Positions 11,748 to 23,945 of a stretch of 64,000 nt of DNA are shown here, piece by piece. The DNA lies in NCBI GenBank assembly GCA_028534125.1, contig CM052816.1:15688001-15752000 (forward strand). The letters are read 5' to 3'. The notes beneath the pieces were generated by a model, which was not told where the DNA came from, searched no databases, and worked only from the letters and a program-made list of their open reading frames with translations. Both the position numbers and the translations under genes were made by a program. Source of the stretch: Lama glama (Eukaryota). Every line of letters starts with the position of its first letter. Positions within the stretch are counted from its first letter, which is position 1.

Positions 11748-12190
11748 TGTTCTTGATTTGGGTTCACCTGAAAGCAGAACCTGATACGAGGACTCGGGTA
11801 CAGTTTATTTGTGATGAAATCCCTGGAAGTGGTAAAAAAAAATGAGGAAGCAGTAAAAGTAAGAATGAGGAGAGGAGGGGAAGCTCCCACGACAGGGTAG
11901 TATTAAGATTCCTGGTGTGTGCAATGGGGACTCATTTCCACCAGGACTTCCTGAGAATTGCAGAGTGCCCTGTGGAATTGTCTGCGGGTAGGATGCGAGG
12001 CTGGAGCATTCATCCACCAGCTCCCATTCCCCACAGGGTGAGCATTGCCCTCACATGTCAGAAAAGGCCCCATGGGGTTGGATGCTTGAGGTGTGACCCT
12101 GTCAGCAGGTGATGGGTCTGAACTCAGGCAGAAGAGCTGTGTGGAAACAGTAGGGGGTCGAGGGTGTGATGTGGGGTATCACAGGTCACG
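11748..12190 (-). mobile_element. Old ERVL-class solo LTR (LTR33/LTR16-like)
   Basis: ttgggttcacctgaaagcagaacctgatacgaggactcgggtacagtttattt...gctggagcattcatccaccagctcccat resembles the antisense ERVL LTR consensus. AATAAA is present on the minus strand. Confidence 0.65.
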
Positions 12191-12769
12191 CTGAGACTTA
12201 GAAAGTTTAGAACCCTTCTTGGAGTTGCAGATTTGAGCAAGTTCTTTCTCCTGTCTTAACTCCTCTTCCTGGCTTCCCCCATTCCTACAATTCTGTGGTC
12301 TTACTCCACATGTCAAGTGACAGTACGTCTCTTTGGCTCTGGACAGTAGATGGTGTTTGTTTGCTTTCAGCCATCTCTGCAGATTTGAAACCCTTAGCTC
12401 ATAATTCTGATTTCAGCCTTGTCAGGAGCAGGCATTGGGCCTCTTGTGAACTGAGACTGTCCACCTTGAGGGACACTTCTCACTGCATCACCAGTAGAGA
12501 CAGCCTTGGCGATGGCGGGATGAGGAGAGGAGAGGCAGGTTGTCATAAGCGGCAGTCCCCCAGCTGGGTAGGGCCCCGGTTTGGATGTGGAGCAGATCCA
12601 GTGTGGCTCTGGCCTGGGGTGTGTCTGCCAGGAGACCCAAGCCCAGGCTTACGTGCTGAGATATGTGCTAGGGCTCTCTTGGCTTTGGGTCTAAATATGT
12701 AAGTGTTGACCCCAGTGAAGGCGTTTCTGCAGCCCTCTGAGGATTTTTCAGAACCATGTTCTGACCTGG

Positions 12770-12915
12770 TAGCTCTTCTGGGGGCAGCGTTAGGATTGGT
12801 CTCTCATTTTTCTAGCATAGAAACTAGAGGCTCGAAGACGTTAACATGATTTACCCAAAGCTGTGTCATTTGTCACTGGTGGCGGAGAGTGCCGATCCCA
12901 GGCTTTCCTGACTCT
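12770..12915 (-). mobile_element. MIR fragment
   Basis: agaaactagaggctcgaagacgttaacatgatttacccaaag. Confidence 0.55.
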
Positions 12916-13769
12916 CTGCTCCCCAACCCCGCCCACCAACACAAAAACAGGGTGTTTTTTTTCCCCTCATCCTATCTGTAACTTCAGCCCTCTCGCCAGA
13001 TGATAGCTCGATACAGAGAGGGCCCTTGCTGTATTTCCCACACACGCCCTGCTCTAAGCCCAGGTTTAGGCAGAGCAGATGTTCAGCAGAAGCTTCCCGA
13101 TTTCCCTGGAGGGACAGAGCTCAGAGCAGCTGAGTGCCAGAAAGGATTAACTCCGGCCCCAGGCCCACTCAGAGGGAGCCCGGCTCCAGGCGTGACAGGC
13201 CAGGCTTGAAGTTCTGCCCTCCTGATAAGCAGGATTCATCTGCTGGCTTTTCCTGGGCTTTGCTCCCTCCTAGGGCCCGTGCTCTGGGGCTGGCTTCCAT
13301 CTCTTTCTGCTCTTTGGCATATGACACCCCATACGGCAGAGTAGCTCTGCTGTGTCTGTCCTTCACCAGGGATCAGGCCGTGGTGTCTGCCCTTATCCTT
13401 TGGGGCAGCTCTGTTTTGTTGACCTTTGTTCTTCCCCCTCCCTCACTGAGCAGCACGGGAAGTGCTGCTGGAGACAGAGGACGCTCACTGCTTAACCCCT
13501 TAGAGGGGTGTTGCCAGACCGTGTGCCCGTGTGTCTGATGGTCTTGATAAGATCATTCCGTTTATTCCTGCTGCTCTTTGAGTTGTCAGAGTTTTCAGTG
13601 TTTAGGGCCCAGGAGGTGAGGCCGGTCAAAGGGGGCATTGGGTGCGGGCTGAGCTCTAGCAGTGCCTTTGGGGGAACTTTTTTTTTTTATTCTTCATTCC
13701 CGGTGATCACCCAAAAGCCCTAATTAAAATTCAAGGATTTCCCTTCAGATTCCCCTCAGGCTTTGAAAC

Positions 13770-14034
13770 GAAATAATTTAACAAATATTTATTGAGTGTT
13801 AATCACATGTGCCATTATTTTGGGACTTCAAAGAATGTACTCAACCCTTTAAGCAGCGTCTGGTATAATTGGAGAGACAAGGGACACGTGGCAAAGGCCA
13901 GGCAGGTTTTAGTGCCAGAGGAAAGGCGCGCCTGTTAAGCAGATCAGAGTACTTGGGAGGGAGGGAAAGCACTTTGGATAGATCTGGTCAAAAGAAGCCT
14001 TCCTGGAAGAAAAGAGATATGAGTCAGGTCCCTG
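13770..14034 (-). mobile_element. L2 3' fragment, interrupted by the LTR at 14035
   Basis: atttaacaaatatttattgagtg...gtcaaaagaagccttcctggaagaaaagagatatgag, resuming as aagggacaggag after 14685. Confidence 0.65.
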
Positions 14035-14681
14035 TGATGCTGGAAAAACGGATGTGGGGCCTGAGGAGGGCCGGGTTCCAGGTCTCAGCTGAGTCCCTGG
14101 GACGTGGCCCGCCAAGTCTGGGTCCTTGGCTTCACGCAGGAAAGAATTCAAGTGCGAGCCACAGTTGAGTAAAGGTAGATTTATTTAGAGAGACTGCATG
14201 GAGTGTAGGCTGTTTCAAAAGGCAAGAGAAAGGCCACGAGGTGTGTGAGTTGGGTGCTCAGGTTAAAGTAAAAGTAGGTACACACTCCATAGACAGAGTG
14301 CAGGCCTTCTCCAAAGAGGAGGGAGCGAAACAGGGCAGCCAGGCGTGATGTTGCTGGGTTTTATGGGCTCTGTAGCTTCACACGCCTACAGGTGGGACCA
14401 TTCCAACCACCCTGGGGAAAGGGCTGGGATTCCCAGGAACTGGGCCACAGCCCACTCTTTGGCCTTCTGCCTTGGCCTTTGGACTGTCATGGGGCCCCTG
14501 GGCATGTTATTTATCATGCTAATATGTTACAATGAGCATATAATGAAGCTCAAGGTACTAGGTCGAACTTCCTGCCATCTTAATCCTCAAGGCCAACTGG
14601 GAGTTGAATCTTCCACCATTTTGGTGTTAACTGCTGTCATTCCTTGAATGGCTGTTCCCTGCCCCCTTCCATCCTGCCTCA
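14035..14681 (-). mobile_element. ERV1-type solo LTR (647 bp), probably camelid-lineage
   Basis: TG...CA termini (minus strand starts TGAGGCAGG and ends CCAGCATCA), 4-bp TSD cctg/tctg, AATAAA on minus at about 14180, clean interruption of an L2. Confidence 0.85.
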
Positions 14682-14814
14682 TCTGAAGGGACAGGAGCTT
14701 TTCTCGTGGTGGGTATTACAGCTGTCTCCCTTTGAAGTAGGACTTTATCGTTCATTTTTAACTCATTCACCACCAACAATGTTAGGATCCTGGGGGTGAG
14801 GTTATTTAGTTCCT

Positions 14815-15170
14815 TGATGATCATCATAGTATTGTTTATAACAGCCAAAGATTGGGAACCACCTCGATATCCAATGGTGGGATGTTGGTTGACTAGACTG
14901 TGACCTCCCTTGTTCCCCATATTTGTGGAATAACCATACAACCATCACACATCATTTTTGCAGAAGTTCACTTATTGACATCAAAGTAACACAATAGATT
15001 GTTCGGTTAAAAAAGAAAATCAGGTTCCAAAATAGAATGTCCAGTGTGAGTCTGTTTGTATTTGTTAACATAATAGTCATGTTTTAGCATGTTATTTTAT
15101 TCATCTTTTTGGCTTATCCTTTTTCTGATTTTTTTGCTACATATCTGTTAACTAGTCAATGACATAACTT
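14815..15170 (+). mobile_element. Old L1M 3' fragment
   Basis: tcatcatagtattgtttataacagccaaagattgggaaccacctcgatatccaatggtggg. Confidence 0.65.
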
Positions 15171-15859
15171 CTGATGTTTTCCTTGTTTTGCAATAAAAGA
15201 ACTGGAATGTCCTATTACAGTTGTGGGTGGACAGGTCCAGTGGAGTCACCTGTCCCTTATTCTATGGGGATGATTGCCCTTGGCTCACTCTGGTCTCCAG
15301 TTCCTGAAAGGACAAGTCATCTAGCAGGGATGGGAGGTACAGGAGAGCCTGCGCATTTCTGGTCCAGCGGGCAGTGCCTGGGAGGAGGCCTCCACGTCCC
15401 CTCCTAGTTATGGGAATTTGTGTATTTCCTAGGCACGTGGCACCTGGGGCCAAGTTGCTCCTGTTGGCACGTGTGGGAGCCCCATTTTTTAAATCCAGCC
15501 TTCTTCATATTTTGCATTTTAGTCAGGGAATCACTGCTGCCCACTGTCTAGCTAATTACAGTGCTGGGAAGAAAAAGGTGCTTTTGAGATTCCAAGCCTC
15601 TGGGAAGAGCTTACAAGACAAGAGTGATAGAATCCATCTTTTCGCAGTAGTGGCGGGGAACGGGGTCTCTGTTCCCTGAAAAGCTCAATCAGATGACCTA
15701 TTTGGTCTAGACTCTGGGTCTGCCTCAGCGATAGCTGTCATCTGAATGTCACATTAGGAGATTTGGGTGCTTGCTTATTCTCTTCTCTTCCAGCAGGTTT
15801 GAGATTAATGTGTATAGTATTCTAATTTGAATGCTAATTAGTATTTTTTAAATTCCCCT

Positions 15860-16250
15860 TTCATCACATCATTTCCCAAATCTAAAACCTTCCGTCTCTC
15901 CTCATTGCCTCTAGGCTGGAGTTCAGACTCAGCCTGGCATCTGAGGCCTTCCACGTTCTCACCCAACCCCCTTCACACCCTTATTCCAGCGACAGACCTC
16001 CTTTAACCCTTTGCAGTTCGTCAGAGGCCATCCTTTTATTCACTGGCCCCAGATACACCTGTGTGCTGGCTCCGACGTGCCCCTCTCTCTGAACTGCCTT
16101 CCTTTGTTTCGTGGAAGTCAGTTGTAATCTTCTTTCCCAGGCTAGCTCAAGTCTCTCCTCCTGAAGTCTTCCCGGATCCCTTGTGTGCACAGCGATCCGT
16201 CCTGGGCTAACCACTTTCAGCACTACGGTCTGTACCAATCTGTACGCACT
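15860..16250 (+). mobile_element. L2 fragment
   Basis: aaaaccttccgtctctcctcattgcctctagg...cagcctggcatctgaggccttccac. Confidence 0.55.
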
Positions 16251-16261
16251 CTGTTTGGCAT

Positions 16262-16425
16262 CTCTTTAAAAATTGCGGTGAAAAAACACACAGCATGAAA
16301 TTTACCACCTTAACCATTTTTCAGTGTAGAAGCTCAGGAGGGTTAAGTCTATTCGCACTGTTGTGTCCCAGATCCCTGGAAGTTTTTCATCTTGCAAAGC
16401 TGAAACTCTATACCCCATTTCACTT
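16262..16425 (-). mobile_element. L1MA/L1MB-like 3' end
   Basis: aaatttaccaccttaaccatttttcagtgtag...ttttcatcttgcaaagctgaaactctatacccca. Confidence 0.8.
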
Positions 16426-17204
16426 CATTTGACATTCGATCAAGGGTCATATTGTGATATCACAAACGCTGAGCTGTGTACTCCGAGTAGCATTCAGTGA
16501 GCACCAGTGTTCCAGGTAAGTCCTTGGTAGGTTCTAGGGGAACGTGAAACTAGACGAGATACAGCCACCAGGCAATTGTCACTGGGTAAGAGTTTGCCTT
16601 GTCATTTGTGTATGTCTCAGCTCCCTAAATGGATGCTATGACAGGCATCTTCCCATGAGCCACAACAACTCCTGTTTTAGAACAAGGCAGGACACTAGGT
16701 AAATGCAGAGACAGTCCTTGTGCTCCCTGTGACACCCAGGGTAGAGCTGGGCACCCACTTACTATGTGTCTAATTGCATGTGCTGATGTAACTGTGTTCT
16801 TGAGCTATTGGAGGGGTTTTTGTGTGCTCCTAACTAGACTGTGCATTTTGTAAAAGGAAGAACCTTGTCTGTCCTTTCATCATAACAAGGTTGCTTTGAT
16901 AATTTTGTCTTATAATGAACGCTATACGTGCTCGTCAAAGAAGTAAAAAAGCAGAAGTCAACCAAGCAAAAGAACGTAAATACCGATCAGAGACATCGTC
17001 TCGCTCACCCAGAGGTGACTGCTGTTACTCTGTTTCTGTCCTTCCAGATAACTGGCTCTTCAGATTCAGACAGACATACAGATGCATTTTTTTAACAAAA
17101 TTAAAATTCTATCCTGGATACATACTTCTTTTTTTTTTATCAGTTTAATATGGCTTATATATCTTTACCTGACAATAGACAAATTCCTAGAATATGATTT
17201 TGAT

Positions 17205-17750
17205 AGAACAAATGTTTATTAAAGACCTACACTGTGCCAGGCACCAATTTAGATATTAGAAATAAAGCAACGAAAACGTGCTCAAAGCTTACATTATGGG
17301 TTAGGATGAGGGAGAGATAATAAAATAAATAAATGAACAGATTAATTCCACATACTGATAAGGATTATCAAAAACAAGTGATGTGGGAGTAACTGGGGTG
17401 TTACTTTAGATCAAATGGTCCAGGAAAGTCTCTTTGAAGAAGGAGATTTTGAACTGAGAACTTAATGATGCTAGGAAGCTACCATGTAGAGATCAGAGGG
17501 AAGAACATTCCAGAAAAGAACAGCTAATACAAGGACCAAAGCTTGGGAGTAAACCTGGCATGTCTGAGGAACCATGAGAAAGCCAGTGTGGGTAAAAGAG
17601 AGGGAGGAAGAGGGGAAATTGTGTATTAAGTCAGAGAGGTAGATGAAAATGGGACATTTTGTGGGTCCTATTGGGTGTTGTGGACCCTGGTCAAGACTTT
17701 GGATTTTATTGTAAGACTTTGGATTTTGGAGCTGTTGGAGGCAAATGGGA
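17205..17750 (-). mobile_element. L2 3' portion (continues at about 20470-20690)
   Basis: acaaatgtttattaaagacctacactgtgccaggcacc...ggtcaagactttggattttatt. Confidence 0.8.
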
Positions 17751-17779
17751 TGAAGGAATTTGTTTTAGGAAGATTACTC

Positions 17780-20450
17780 TCCATAAATGAAATTCACTTC
17801 ATTAACACATTAAAAGAAAGACAAAACCCCCACATAACTGTCTCATTAGATTCAAAGAAAACCTTGATGAAAATCAACACCGAACAGGGGGAAGAACTAC
17901 ACCAATAATCTGGTGTCATCACCAAATAGATTGCAAGAGGGGAAAAAAGAGACTCAAAAGACATTTGAAAATCAGGCAAATATATATATTACAAGGGAAA
18001 GAAGCCAATCTGAAAAGCTACATATTGCATGAGTCCAACTCCATGACATTCTAGAAAAGGGAAATCTACGGAGACAGTAAAAATTTCAGTGGCTGCCGGG
18101 GGCTGGAGCAGGGGCAAGAATGAATAGGCAGAGCACAGAGGAAGTTCAGGGCAGTGCAAATACCCTGTGTGATACCCCACTGATGGATACATGTCCAGAC
18201 ACACAGAATGTACACCACCAAGTGAACTGTAATGTAAGCTGTGGACTTTAGGTGATTATGATGGGTATAGGTCCATCACCTGTAACAAATGTACCAACCA
18301 CTCTTGTGGGGGATGACAGTAACGGGGGTGGCTATACATGTTGGGACAGCGTATATGGGAAGTCTCTGGACCTTCCCCTCAGTTTTGCTGTGGACCTAAA
18401 AACTGCTCTAAAAGTAGTCTTAATAAAAAATATATTAGGCAAAACTAAACTGTAGTGTTTAGGGATTCATGTTTGGGTGATAAAACTACCCAAAAAAGTG
18501 AAGACGTGATTACCAAAAAGTCAGGAGGACAATTACTCTTAGGTGGGAGGAGGACGGCTTATAATTGGGAAGGGACACATGTGGGGCTTCTGGGCTGGCT
18601 GGTTTTATCTCCTTTCATGGGTGGTGGTTACAGAGGTGTTAGTGTCTCTTTCTCTCTCTCTGTCTCTTTTTCAGGACCAAGGGAAGACTCCCCTGCAGTA
18701 TTAGTCTTATAATAATTAAGCTATATATTTGTTTTGTGCTATTTTCTATATTTGTATTACTTGAGCTGTCAAAAAGTTTTTAAAAAATCAATGATTCCTG
18801 ATAAAATGGAATGAAAGGGAACTTCCTCACCAGATAAGAGTGACTATAAAAATACTAGAGCAAACAATTTCTTAAATGGGGAAATTTTGGGAGTATTCAC
18901 TTTAAAACCAGGAATGAAACAAAGGTGCCCATTATCACCGGTGCAAATACACAAGAAAGGGAAATGAGAGGCATAAAAATTAGAAAGGAGGAAATCAAAT
19001 AGTCATTTTTTGCATAGAAAACCCAAAACAATAATATAACGATAGAAGATTAATATGTACTTTTTATATTCTGTACACCAACAGCAAGCTAGAAAACATA
19101 AAGACATTCAAAACATGATCAGACAAAATGAAATACTTCATAAATCTAACAAAAGGTGTACAAGTCTTCTACAGGAAAAAATGCAAGTTCATGAAGAGAT
19201 ATTAAAAGGATAACCAAATAAACGGAGGAAGATAATATGCACATTGATAGGAAATTTTAATGTAAAGTTGTCAATTCTCCATTTCTCCCCTATTTGACAG
19301 ATTCCAATTAAAATCCCAACAGGGTTTTTCCTGTTACTTGGTAGGATTTCTGAAATTTTGAAAATGAAAACTAGGAGGGAAGACTTGCCCTGCCAGATGT
19401 TAGGACTTATTATGAAATGAAGGTAATTAAGACAGTGTGTGGTACTGCCACAACGATGGACAACCGACCGATAAAATAGTTCAGAAACAGACTTACAGGG
19501 ATATGGAACTTTGGTATATGAGCGAAGCAGAATGTCAGATCAGTAGGGAAATGAGGGACTATATAATCAGTAGAACTTGAGAAGACAATTTACAGGCTGG
19601 GAAAAGATCTTTGCAAAACACACAACAGGCAAAACGCACAGTGAAGGATTAGTGTTAGAAATACACAAACACAACTCCTACAAATTAAGAAAAGCACAAA
19701 CAACCCAGTTGGAAAAGAAATGGGTGAATGATGTAACAGGTATTTCACAAAACGGGAAAACACTTAAGAACAGTAAAACTATGAAGAAAAGTTCAACATT
19801 GTTAGCGATCAGGGAAACACAAATTAAGACTATAAGTAGATAACTTTTAGCAGCCATTTGATTGGTAAAAATTTTTAAGTTGTATAAAGCTAAGTGTTGG
19901 AAAGGAGGTAGAGCCACAGGCTCTTCAAAATTGCTGATGGGGGTGTAAATTAGCGAACAATTTGGAAAATAGTTAAGCATTCACATACCCTAAAATGCAG
20001 ACATTCTGTTCCTAGATACACATCCAAAAGAAATTCTTGCACATATACAATAGGTGGACTAGGATGTTCACGGCAGCATATTTACAATAATCAAAGCCTA
20101 GAGAAAAACCCTCAATGCACATTAATGAGGGACTGGATAAACTATGTCTATAAACACAGTTTAAATGAATGAACTACAGTGACGTGCAAAAAATAGTGCA
20201 TGCCACATGTTCTTTTTAAATTAAAAATGACGTTAATGAAATATGCATAGTTAGGAATTCTAATATATAAAATAACACTCTATAAAAAAGAAAGGAAATG
20301 AGGATTTAAGATGATGGCTGCCTGGCCTGGGAGGAGGTAAGGAGATGTGATAGGTGGGGGGCCAAATGGCTAGATGCAGGTGATTGTCAAGTTCCTAGCT
20401 TTCACATTAGGTGGTGGGTTTATTATGTACTTATTATGTTAAAACCAACA
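17780..20450 (+). mobile_element. Decayed L1M (ORF2 RT region to 3' UTR) with nested L1 3' ends at about 17880-18790
   Basis: ORF2-like remnants (INEIHFINTLKE...SLDSKKTLMKINT; ggaatgaaacaaaggtgcccattatcacc; RRQFTGWEKIFAKH). An L1MC1-like end at about 17990-18430 finishes aaaactgctctaaaa...aataaaaaa. Confidence 0.85.
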
Positions 20451-20689
20451 GTTACCTAGGTAACCAGTCAGCAAGCTAGCCAGCCCCGGCTGCTCTGTGG
20501 AGAATGGGTTGAAGGGGGTAAAAGTAGAAGCCAGTAACCAGTGAGGAGGCTAAACAGTAGTCCAGGGGAAAGGGGGTGCTTTGTACTCAGATGGTGGCAC
20601 GTGTGTTGGAGAGTAATAGACAGAATCAGAATACATTTGGGGGTAAGGGAGGACTTGCCCTGATGGCTTAGATGTGGGAGGTAAGGCAT

Positions 20690-20990
20690 ATTCTATTACA
20701 TGAAGCTACCGTCATTTATTTAACAATCTGCTCTTGCAGCCTGGGTTGTTTACAGTGTTTTTTTTGCTCCATAAAAAAGTCTAAAATGAACATCCCTGTA
20801 GCTTAATCTTCATGCATCTTGAATTCATTTCTTTTTTTTTTCATCTTGAATTAATTTCTTAACTTCATCTTCCAGAAGTGAAACTGTTCTACCAAAGGAT
20901 ATGTGCATTTAATAAGGCTTTGGATACCTATGACCAGATTGCCTTCCTGGAAGGTTGTACTGTTTCAGTTTCCTCTAGCAGTATGTGGCA
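20690..20990 (-). mobile_element. Old L1M fragment
   Basis: aaatgaacatccctgtag...ccagaagtgaaactg...ttggatacctatgaccagattgccttcctggaaggttgtac. Confidence 0.6.
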
Positions 20991-21479
20991 CTCCCCACCG
21001 GCGAGGCTTGTTCCATCTTCCTTTTCTCCATCAAGAGTTCTGTGTTCAGGACAGTCTCATGGCAGCTGAAGGCATGTGTATCTTTCTAGTCATTTCCCCA
21101 GGAATGATTTTTTTTGTGTTTGCTTAGTCTCCCTCTGGCCAGGATCCTTATCATTCAGAGAGCATTCCCAGCTTCCTGCAGTGGGCACCCTTAGAGCTTT
21201 GGGCTCCTGCATGAGTCCTTCCCAGGAGCATGCAGTCCAGGGCGTGAGACGGCATAATCTCCGTCTCCTTGGGAACACGTGGACCAGAGAGATCCCTTCC
21301 CTTCTTTACTGCCAGAGTCTACCACTCAGCCTCTGCCCACTCCCACCCCTTAAAGAACCTTGGGATTTCTAGCCAACCTGAGAGTTTTCCTGTGTCAGTT
21401 GGGTAAAGGTTAAGCAGGCATGTAAAAGAGTTAATCAATTAATTACTGAAGTTCATGTCCCCGCAGAGCCTCTAGAAGT

Positions 21480-21686
21480 ACGCAGTCCAATACAGTAGCT
21501 GCGAGAGGCAATTTAAGTTGGGATTTAAAGTAATTGAAAATAAAGAGAATTTGAAAAATCAGAGTCTCATTTATAATAAACACATTTCAAGTGCCTAATA
21601 GCCACATGTGGCCAGTGGCCACCATGTTGACAACACAAACATGGAACATTTGCATCATCACAATAAGTTATACTGAACAGCACTGC
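21480..21686 (-). mobile_element. MER3/MER33-like hAT-Charlie MITE
   Basis: cacatttcaagtgcctaatagccacatgtggccagtggccacc...aacatttgcatcatcacaataagttatactgaacagcactg. Confidence 0.8.
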
Positions 21687-21876
21687 AGATGTTGGGTTAC
21701 TCAGGAAATATTCCCAGGGGTACTTTTAGGTGTGGGGTTGGGATGGTCAGTGGAGGGGGGGGTGGAAGTTATCGGTAGCAACCAGTATGACTTGCTAGAT
21801 TTCTCCTTGCTGGTCCATAAGTCAGTTCTTATCAAATCTAGGTTCTTTTTACCTTTTTCTCATTGGCCTTGAGCAG

Positions 21877-21934
21877 GAACTCCAGTTCTGTGACAGTTAT
21901 GTCTTAAGAACTGTGTGTATGTCTGTTTTATAAG
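21877..21934 (+). other. Candidate 58-nt non-coding exon
   Basis: Long polypyrimidine tract, NAGNAG acceptor (gagcag|), perfect donor AAG|GTAAGT. All three frames contain stops. Confidence 0.25.
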
Positions 21935-22554
21935 GTAAGTCTGATGGCTAGTTCATGACATTGACCAAACTAGGCCAGAGCCCTTTTCCTCCAGTGCAGG
22001 GTCCTGGAAGGGAAACCCCGGGGGCCATGCCCAACGGGCAGACAGCCTGAGGTTTCTCCAGGGCTTGTGGCGGTCCTAGGGGAGAACCTCAGCCTGGGGC
22101 CAGAAATGTCTTCCTTCCTGTTACCTCAGTTTCTTCTTGTGCAGTATGAGGGTGGAGCTGCATCCTAAGATGCAAGAAAGAAGTGCTTAGGGGCAATGAA
22201 ATTCTAGGTTCTGTCTTCCTATATCCAGACCCTGTGTATGTCCAGACCCTGCTGTGAGAAGCAGCTCTTCCCAGTGGCCTAAATAGAGCCCTGGGAGCCC
22301 CAAATGCCAAGTCTAGTCTTGGCTTGTGCCCTGACTCATGGTATGACTCTATGTAAGTCACTTCCCCTCTCCTCCCAGTGGGTCATTGGGGTGGAAGAAG
22401 GATGATGGCCCTGAGTCACCTCTCAGAGAGGAGCTAATTAGGGCTCATTGAGGCAGAGAGGTGGCAAACTCAAAGGGCAGTGGAAGGAGCGACTCTAGAG
22501 AGGGCTCCGAGGCGGGGCCTGGCTTTCACACTGCCTGGGGAAACTGTCTGTGGA

Positions 22555-22697
22555 GACCTGGAAGCCTGGGATAGGTTAGCTTCAGGAGGTCCTTAAACCT
22601 TGAATTATGAACCTGAATATGCGGCTATAAGCCTGCATGGGTTTGTCTGTGGAGGGTCCATAGCTTTCAGCAGATTCTCAGAGAGTTAAGCAGCCAT
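22555..22697 (+). mobile_element. hAT-Charlie MITE fragment (MER103/MER5-like)
   Basis: ggagggtccatagctttcagcagattctca...gttaagcagcca. Confidence 0.6.
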
Positions 22698-23094
22698 CAG
22701 AAGGTTCTGGATTACTGTGCCTTTGGAGGTCTGACTCCCTGGCCCTGCTGGGTGCTGAGGAGAGATGCCATTCCTGCCTGGGGAAGGCCAGTGAGGACCG
22801 GGCTTCCCCGGGACGTCAGAAGGCAGCTGTTTCCAGTGAAGTTCTTAGAACATCCTGCGCAGAAGGGCCTGGCCAGCAAGTATTTCATGAGCCCGTACCA
22901 ACTGCCCAGCACTGTCAGGCCCCTGGGGTTGAACTGAAATGCTCCGTGGCTCATTTACGTCTCCCATCCCCTACCCCTGAGGCCTGATCCTCCCAGATGT
23001 TTGGCCCCACGTGAGGTTTTTCTCTGTATGGGCACACCCCAGAAGGCAAGGCTGGACTGCATGTGCCTGCGAAAATAGTCACCGTAGAAGGCAG

Positions 23095-23260
23095 AAGGGG
23101 TCTTAGGCTGGGTCTGCGGACACCTGGGTCCTGATTCTGATACTGACCTTCAGTCATTCACTCTGTGACACTGGTTGTCACTTAGCTTCTCTGTGATTAT
23201 TATGCCGTCTGTAAACTGGGCTAACTTCTGTTCTAATACTGACGGTGGCTGTTTTGAAAA
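23095..23260 (+). mobile_element. MIR fragment
   Basis: gacacctgggtcctgattctgatactgac...tgtgacactggttgtcacttagcttctctgtg...tctgtaaactggg. Confidence 0.6.
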
Positions 23261-23299
23261 ATAAAAAGGAATTTGACAAAATTTGGCATTTGTTATGTT

Positions 23300-23791
23300 T
23301 TCTCCAAGTTAATACATGCTCATTGTAGGAAATATGGAAAACCTAGAAACATACCATGAAAAAAGAAAAATCATTCACGATTTCACATGCCGAAATACAT
23401 CCTCTTATGAAGTCTTGGTAATTTTCCTACCAAGTCATTTTTCCATGCATACATTTTTTCTCCTTAGTAAGGAGATCTAGTAGGTGTTTAATGTTTATAT
23501 AACTTTATATACTACTTTTCTGCCCCGTTATTATAAAGTGACTGTTTACCCAAGCCATTAATTGTTCTTCAGAAACCTGATTTTAATGGCTGATGTTCCA
23601 TCACTTGAAAGAACGAAACTTTATATAACAAATCCCCAAGTGCAGGCCATTTATAAAGTGCTTCTAAATATGTCATTATTATAAAGAATGCTATGTTGAA
23701 CAGCCTTGTATTTAAATCTTTGTACTCATCTCTCTTTCCTTATAGTATTCTTCGAACTGGGCCAAAGTATAAAGCTGATATTATATATCTA

Positions 23792-23838
<47 letters not shown>

Positions 23839-23945
23839 TATGTATGTAATTACAGTGCAAGGCATTGATGAGAATGATGATACCTGTCCATTCGTCATGA
23901 ATGCACATCCCTACATACCCTCTGCAATGGGCATTTCTGTGTATG
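23300..23945 (-). mobile_element. Old L1ME-like 3' fragment
   Basis: taatacatgctcattgtaggaaatatggaaaacctagaaaca...ataaagaatgctatgttgaacagccttgta. Confidence 0.6.
23792..23838. repeat. (TATC)11 / (GATA)n tetranucleotide microsatellite
   Basis: Perfect TATC run. Confidence 0.95.

Noticed and set aside
19577..19980. ORFs at 19577-19843 and 19678-19980
   Set aside because: Decayed L1 ORF2 C-terminal sequence and its antisense frame.
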